A stretch of 64,000 nt of DNA from Cycas panzhihuaensis (taxonomy: Eukaryota; Plantae; Cycadophyta). The stretch is taken from positions 245,961,741 through 246,025,740 of the forward strand of contig CM041465.1 of NCBI GenBank assembly GCA_023213395.1, written 5' to 3'. Shown in pieces: positions 58,625 through 64,000 of the stretch. Position numbers and translations under genes: made by a program. Position 1 is the first letter of the stretch. Every line of letters starts with the position of its first letter. The notes below the pieces were generated by a model. The model worked only from the letters and a program-made list of their open reading frames with translations. It was not told the DNA's origin and ran no database searches.

Positions 58625-61600
58625 TGATTCCAAGTATCTTCATACTGTTTCCCGACTACCAGAATGGATTTGGGATGAGTCAACTCAGGTAAGCTCAGGT
58701 ATATGTTTCTCACTCCCATCCTCACTTTTGCTTGGTCGAGGTTGCTTAATGTATTGCTTGACGTATGTTTGCCTATAATTTGTGTGATCGCATTGCTTTC
58801 TTGCCTGATCACGTTGCTTATGCCTACCGCACACCACTCGGCCTATGATGACCCACCGTGGGGGCACTCCTCAGCAAGTCATGCACCCCCATATGGCATT
58901 CAGCCACCCACACCATCTCCACAGCTCCTTGAGCACCTTAGTTAGTTGCGTACAACATCTTGCCTCTACTTTGATTCTCTTTTTAAGTATGATAGGACCC
59001 TCCATTGAGACCCATTCCTCTCTTCTAGCCACCTGTTAGCCACCTGGGCAAGAATTTCTAGCCTACCTAGCCTCAGCATATCCTCTGTTTGGCTTTATGC
59101 CCTATTTCTACCCTATTTTTAGCTTGCAGACCCACATCGCTATAAACTTAGTGGTACCACGATATTTACCGCAGTACCGCAAAGTTTACCATGGTGCGAC
59201 TGTTTAAAATTATTTTTTAAAAGAGTCGCAGTAGTTCTCGCTCTTTTCGCGGAATTGCCACGTGGTGTCTGCGCCTACTCATCTCCCCGTAACCCTAAAT
59301 GCTCATTTAGGGTTAAGGGGAATATAAAACCCAAAAAGTAACTCATTTGGGTCTCTTCTTCATCCATTTTTTCATTACACTACTACAGCTCTCTCTCCAA
59401 GACTACTAGAAGACCTGCTCTTTGGCTCTAGTGGTCTTTCCATAGGGATACCTGCTGCATCTCAGGCCCTACTCCAGCAGCTCAGGCCCTCTCTTTGCAG
59501 GTTTACATAATGGAGGAAGGAAGGCTCATATCAACTCAGCAATAAGCAAGCTCCAAAGTTCCAAGATCTCAGTTGTGCTCCCATGATTCGCCTCCTCTTC
59601 AGCCCAACCTTGGAAGGCCTATCAAGCATAGGTTTCTTCTCCTATTTTTGGCAGGAATAAGCTCTGATTTCCTGCTACAAGGTACCTCTTGAATGTTGCT
59701 CCAAGTTTTATGTTTTTCCCCTTCTTTTTTATGAACAGTTTCTAGCCATTTTTTTGCTCTTGGCTTTGCACCTCATAGGAGCTTACCCATTGTTCCCTGT
59801 TTCACAGTGCTCCCTCTCTCATTTACTGCAAGTCCACTTCAAGGAGGCTGTGTAAGAGGGTTACACAAGGAAGGGTGAAGGGAGAAAGGTAGGGTCAGTC
59901 CCCCTTGTTGACCTTCTCCCCAACGGTCCAAACCCTTCCCTTCTTTCCTCTTTCACCTAATGCCTCCCTTGGACCTGGGCCAGGGATTTTGAGAGCCTAT
60001 TTCTAGATCTGAACCAGCATTGGCAACCCCTTGCCATGTTGGTTTCAGACCTGCACTTACTGGTTTTAGGCACCACATAAGCCCCAAAACCCTTCCCGGT
60101 TGGTCTGTGACCCTCAGCCCATCCCAACTAGATGATTTGCTGCTCATAGCACTTCGTCTCTTAGGTGTGCTTGTATATCATTATGCTGGTCTATTTTCTC
60201 TCTTGCTTGCTATCCCATATAGTCAGTATACTTTATTTTTCCTTCCCTTGAGGTTACGTGGAGATATCTGTGGGTGAGTTGGCCATTCCGAGGCTAACTC
60301 CTTCATTTTGGATACTATTTAGTGCTGCTGCTTGCTTGAGTTTTGGAGTAGTGTGTAACATTTTTGACTTGATTTTCTATCAATTTCTTTGTATTTACAT
60401 ATACATATAGTAGGTATATTTGGCATCCCCTCTTTCGGGAGGGAGAAACTCTTGTATTTTGATTAGCAGGCTTCACGAAAACAGAAATATGCACGAGGCA
60501 AACGTCCAGATAGGTTAGTCTTTTGTTGGTAGTATTTCTTTATTTCCTTTTACCTTCCTTTGTGTTGCTTTGTTTTTTTGCACGTTTGGGGAAGGTAAGA
60601 TAGCCCCTTGGCCACTTACGGAAACCATCGCCAGCTAGTCTCTCACCTACGTGACAAGTTCAAGCAGGAGGGCATGCAAAGAATCAAAGGTCGCAACACT
60701 CCAATCGCACTACGTCTCTAGGTATTCTTCTTCTTCTTTTTTATCCTTTCCTACAGCGTTTTCTTTCACGCATATGTTTGCATACTAAAATATATAGGAA
60801 ACAAAAAAGAGAAAAAGAACTCATCCTTGCATTTGTGTATCTCTTTTTGTTTATAGTCGTTTATATCACGTGTAGGTAGTTTTCTTTGGATGTGAGTTAT
60901 CCATTCCTCACTTCCCCAACTAGCTCACACGTAGGATATCATACTACACACACTTACCTACACGTCGCCTTCTCCCTCTCTTGAGAAGACGCGACTCTTT
61001 AGGATCCCTCTTCCTCTTCCCGACCATCCAAGGGGTAGGAGGGCCTCTCCATTTAGAATGACCTAAGGCTTCACCTTACGTCCTTCTCCAAAGATTGCCC
61101 AAAGGCAATTAGGCACCATTTGCAGGTCTCGAATCTGTGCTCCGGCACACGGATGCCCTGCGTGGTGTTTTTCTTGTTGTTAGATCCCACTCATAGCCTG
61201 CCTATATCCTAGTTAGTCATATCTTACTAAACGTAGGAGACCACCCTATAGACACGTTTCACTGGTGACCATACTGGGGACTTGCCAGTAAGGGAGCTAA
61301 TCTCGCCTCTCTTCCTGTTGGTGTTCTTACTTTTAGGTGATCTTCTTGACTTTCTTTTCCGTTGGGCAACCCCCAATGCGTGCTTCATACCCTTTGCTCT
61401 CTTCTAACAACTTTTGTAAAGGCATTGCATGTGATGTTTCTCATGTTGTTTACGAGATCTACCGTTGTTGTTAGAAGACCCTTCGTATCACTCCCTTCCG
61501 TCGTCGGATTCTGATTCGACAATGGAGGGCTACCATTCTGATTGGGCTTACCACACCTTGGTCTCAGGAACTCAAGAGTTTCCCACATCTGTTCCAGGAT

Positions 61601-62047
61601 CCACCCAAGAGGGTGACGATCCTATTTATTACCCAGGTGACTAGCCTCACCCCTCTGACATCCATCCTTCTGCTCATGTAGTAGAAGGCTCACCTCTTCA
61701 TGAGATTCACCATCTGATTGGTAATTCTTATGAGGAGTGCCCTAAGGGGCCTCCGTCATTCGAGGTCCCATCAACCTCTTATGGTTACGAAGACACCCCT
61801 CCCACTGATGTGATTGAAGCTATCAGCGAGTACTTTCGAGCGACTCGCCTTCAAGCATGTCCCAGGTGGTTTGAAGAAGCTTTACGTGGTAGAGTGCCTT
61901 CTTCGTCTGCACCTGCGCCTCCCACGGCAAGTAATCCTTCTATTCCTACGCACTCATCCCACTCTGTGTCTACACTGACTTTGGGGACAAGTGTCACACC
62001 CTCTATTCCTAGTCATGGTCCTAGTTCTTCAGGACCCATTCGTGGTG
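58625..62047 (+). mobile_element. Ogre/Tat-like Gypsy element 1: 2.6 kb 5' LTR ~58625-61261, tRNA-Arg PBS 61263-61280, leader and start of the first ORF
   Basis: The LTR ends TTTCA, followed by c-TGGTGACCATACTGGGGA (14/18 to the TGGCGACTCCACTGGGGA tRNA-Arg PBS typical of Tat/Ogre). GC-rich with CpGs retained. A Pro/Ser-rich open frame spans ~61640-62047. Confidence 0.72.
59256..59330 (+). promoter_or_regulatory. Putative LTR promoter: G-box GCCACGTGG, telo-box-like AACCCTAA and TTAGGGTT, TATAAAA
   Basis: The motifs are visible in this order and recur in the related LTR at 62650-62730. Confidence 0.55.
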
Positions 62048-64000
62048 TGTCTTTTCCCCAGCTTAGGGCTAGCATACTGTTTCCCGGCTTCCGGGAATGG
62101 ATACGGAATCACCGACTTAGGTAAGTGTAGGTATGTTTCTCGCACTATCATCGCTTTCTTTTGATGAGTGTTTGCTTGCATGTCAGCATGTGTGTGGCTT
62201 TGTAGGCGACTTTGTCCTCGTCTACACTTATTTTAGCCTATGATGACTATAGCAGGGGCACACTCCTAGCGAGTGTAGCACCCTGGTGGCCACTCCACTT
62301 CCCGCATTTGCCCTCCTCACTCCAGGATCCACTAGGTTTGCGCCACCTCTGCTCGTGTGATGACCCGTCATCGTTTGGTCGACTTGCCACCCTATTTGAG
62401 CCTTATTTTTGCTCCTTTGGACCCGTCTGTTGGCTTGTTTACCCCCGAGTAGGTGTCTCAGCCCCCTATTAGCCCTTTTGGTCATCTGCCCCTAGCCTAA
62501 GCTAGCTGGCCGGGCCTATTTTTGCCTCTGGGTTCGTACCGCGGCGATTTTTGCATCACGGAACATCAGCACTGCCGGACTTTGTAGCGACGGCATTCTA
62601 ATTTATTTTTTTAAATCCGCCGTGGTAATTTTGCATTTATTGCGAAACTGCCACGTGGCTCGCGACTTAACTCTCTTCCAGCCACGCCCTAATCGCTCGC
62701 TTTAGGGTTTGAGTTGGCTACTTAAGTCATGACCTACTCATTTTTAAAGACTTTTTGCTCACTTTCAAAATTGCTCCTCAAGAAACAAGGTCAGGCTCTT
62801 CTTCTCTCCGCCCTGCTATCACAGGACCTGCGCCTCTCCTACAGCGCCTAGCTCTCCTTTGGTGTGGCTAGGACATTCTCCCAGCCCTTCACACACCTTA
62901 GAGAGGGCCCCTTGGAGAGGTTTCAGTGGATTCTCGCCCCGGGCAGCCATCAAGGGTTCCAAGTGCAGGTGTTTCCTGTCCAACCTCCTTAGCAGGGTCC
63001 CAAACCTGCTGCACTTCAGATTTGGGCTGATTTCTCAGCCCCTCTTCGCTGCCCCTTGGCTGAGGTAAGTCCCTTGCCTCCTTCACTTAGGTATTTCTTG
63101 ATTTGAATTATTTTTCTTATGATATTAATGCTCCATCTTGCTTGCTCCATGCTTGTCCTTGTGGGTTTGGCTTTCTTCCTTTTAGTGGGTTGCTTTGCCA
63201 CTGTCTTTGTGCCTCTTGCCTACATTTGTTGTTCAAGGCAGCGGCATTGAGGGTTAGCATAGGCTTTGGGAAGGAGCTGGGTGGATTCCGTACCACCTTC
63301 CACGCTCCCTAAGCGGCTCTAAGCCCCCCAAATCCTCCCTCTCACCTCGTGCTATCCTTGGCATACAAACAAGGGCTTGTTGGCCCTCTTTTAGCCACTG
63401 AAACCAGCGCTGTCACAAGTTGCAGCACTGATTTGAGGGCTTGGGTTCAGGTTTGGGCAACTCACGTAAGTCCCAACCGCTAGTCCTTGTCCAACTTTCT
63501 TCCCGGTAACCCAGTTTGCTCCTCATAGCATCCCGGTCCGCTGTAGGTGTTCTTTGGCTCCCCTTCATCTTCTTGCTGCCGTTTCCAGCCATTTCTCTTG
63601 GCCTCGCCCTTGCTGCCTTGTGGCTCTTGGGGGGAGGGTAGGGTGTTATTTGCGGGAGGTGGGCCACTCCGAGGCTTACCGGTCACTTACCTTTGCTTTG
63701 GTTACCCTCTTTTATGTACTTTCATCATTGGATTGATACTAACATATGTATGTTTAGATTCATATTTGTATTATATAAATATATATTGTTAGAATCTTGT
63801 ATCGCATGTTAGTACCCTTTCTCCAGAAAGGGGGAGGTTGCCATTAGTTGCAGGTACTTGAGGAGCGTGGAGGATATTATCCGTTAGCTCCGTTGCCAGT
63901 AAGTGCCGTCGCGTACATCGTACTTTCACGCTTCTTCAGTTATTAGCATCTACTTCCTTTCTTTCCTTGGCATTGCATTTAGTACTTTTCCGGGGAAGGT
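62048..64000 (+). mobile_element. Ogre/Tat-like element 2: long LTR related to element 1, inserted in its ORF and running off the window
   Basis: Starts TGTCTTTTCCCC. It shares ordered blocks with the 58625 LTR: CATACTGTTTCCCG..AATGGAT..AGGTAAG; GCCTATGATGAC..CACTCCT; GCCACGTGG..TTTAGGGTT. Confidence 0.7.
62650..62730 (+). promoter_or_regulatory. Putative LTR promoter: G-box GCCACGTGG and telo-box TTTAGGGTTT
   Basis: Homologous to 59256-59330. Confidence 0.5.

Noticed and set aside
58685-63792. Numerous overlapping short ORFs on both strands
   Set aside because: These are expected in GC-richer LTR sequence and have no recognisable motifs. Only the ~61640-62047 frame is plausibly element-coded.

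Overview
This 64 kb window is AT-rich plant intergenic/heterochromatic DNA; the nested architecture and element types suggest a large-genome seed plant such as a gymnosperm, but that is inference. I found no intact host gene. Almost all of it is decayed LTR retrotransposons nested inside one another. There are at least six Ty1/Copia remnants, two chromovirus-like Ty3/Gypsy remnants, two younger GC-rich Ogre/Tat-like long LTRs at the right end, several non-autonomous LTR elements, a solo LTR and microsatellites. A 6.4-6.7 kb segment (Gypsy gag-pol plus a 4 kb non-autonomous element) is tandemly triplicated at 10794-32617. Three observations stand out. (1) Three unrelated LTR families carry a second tRNA-iMet primer-binding site inside the U5 end of the LTR itself, present in 3' LTRs and bounded by TSDs where these are visible. 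(2) Two unrelated mini-elements each carry one ancestral reading frame joining a Copia Gag N-terminus, an acidic linker and an RNase H C-terminus. (3) A 358-bp TG..CA insertion has a PBS, a tRNA T-arm hairpin and a PPT, but its ends are related as inverted rather than direct repeats. All calls were made by eye; no database search was possible.
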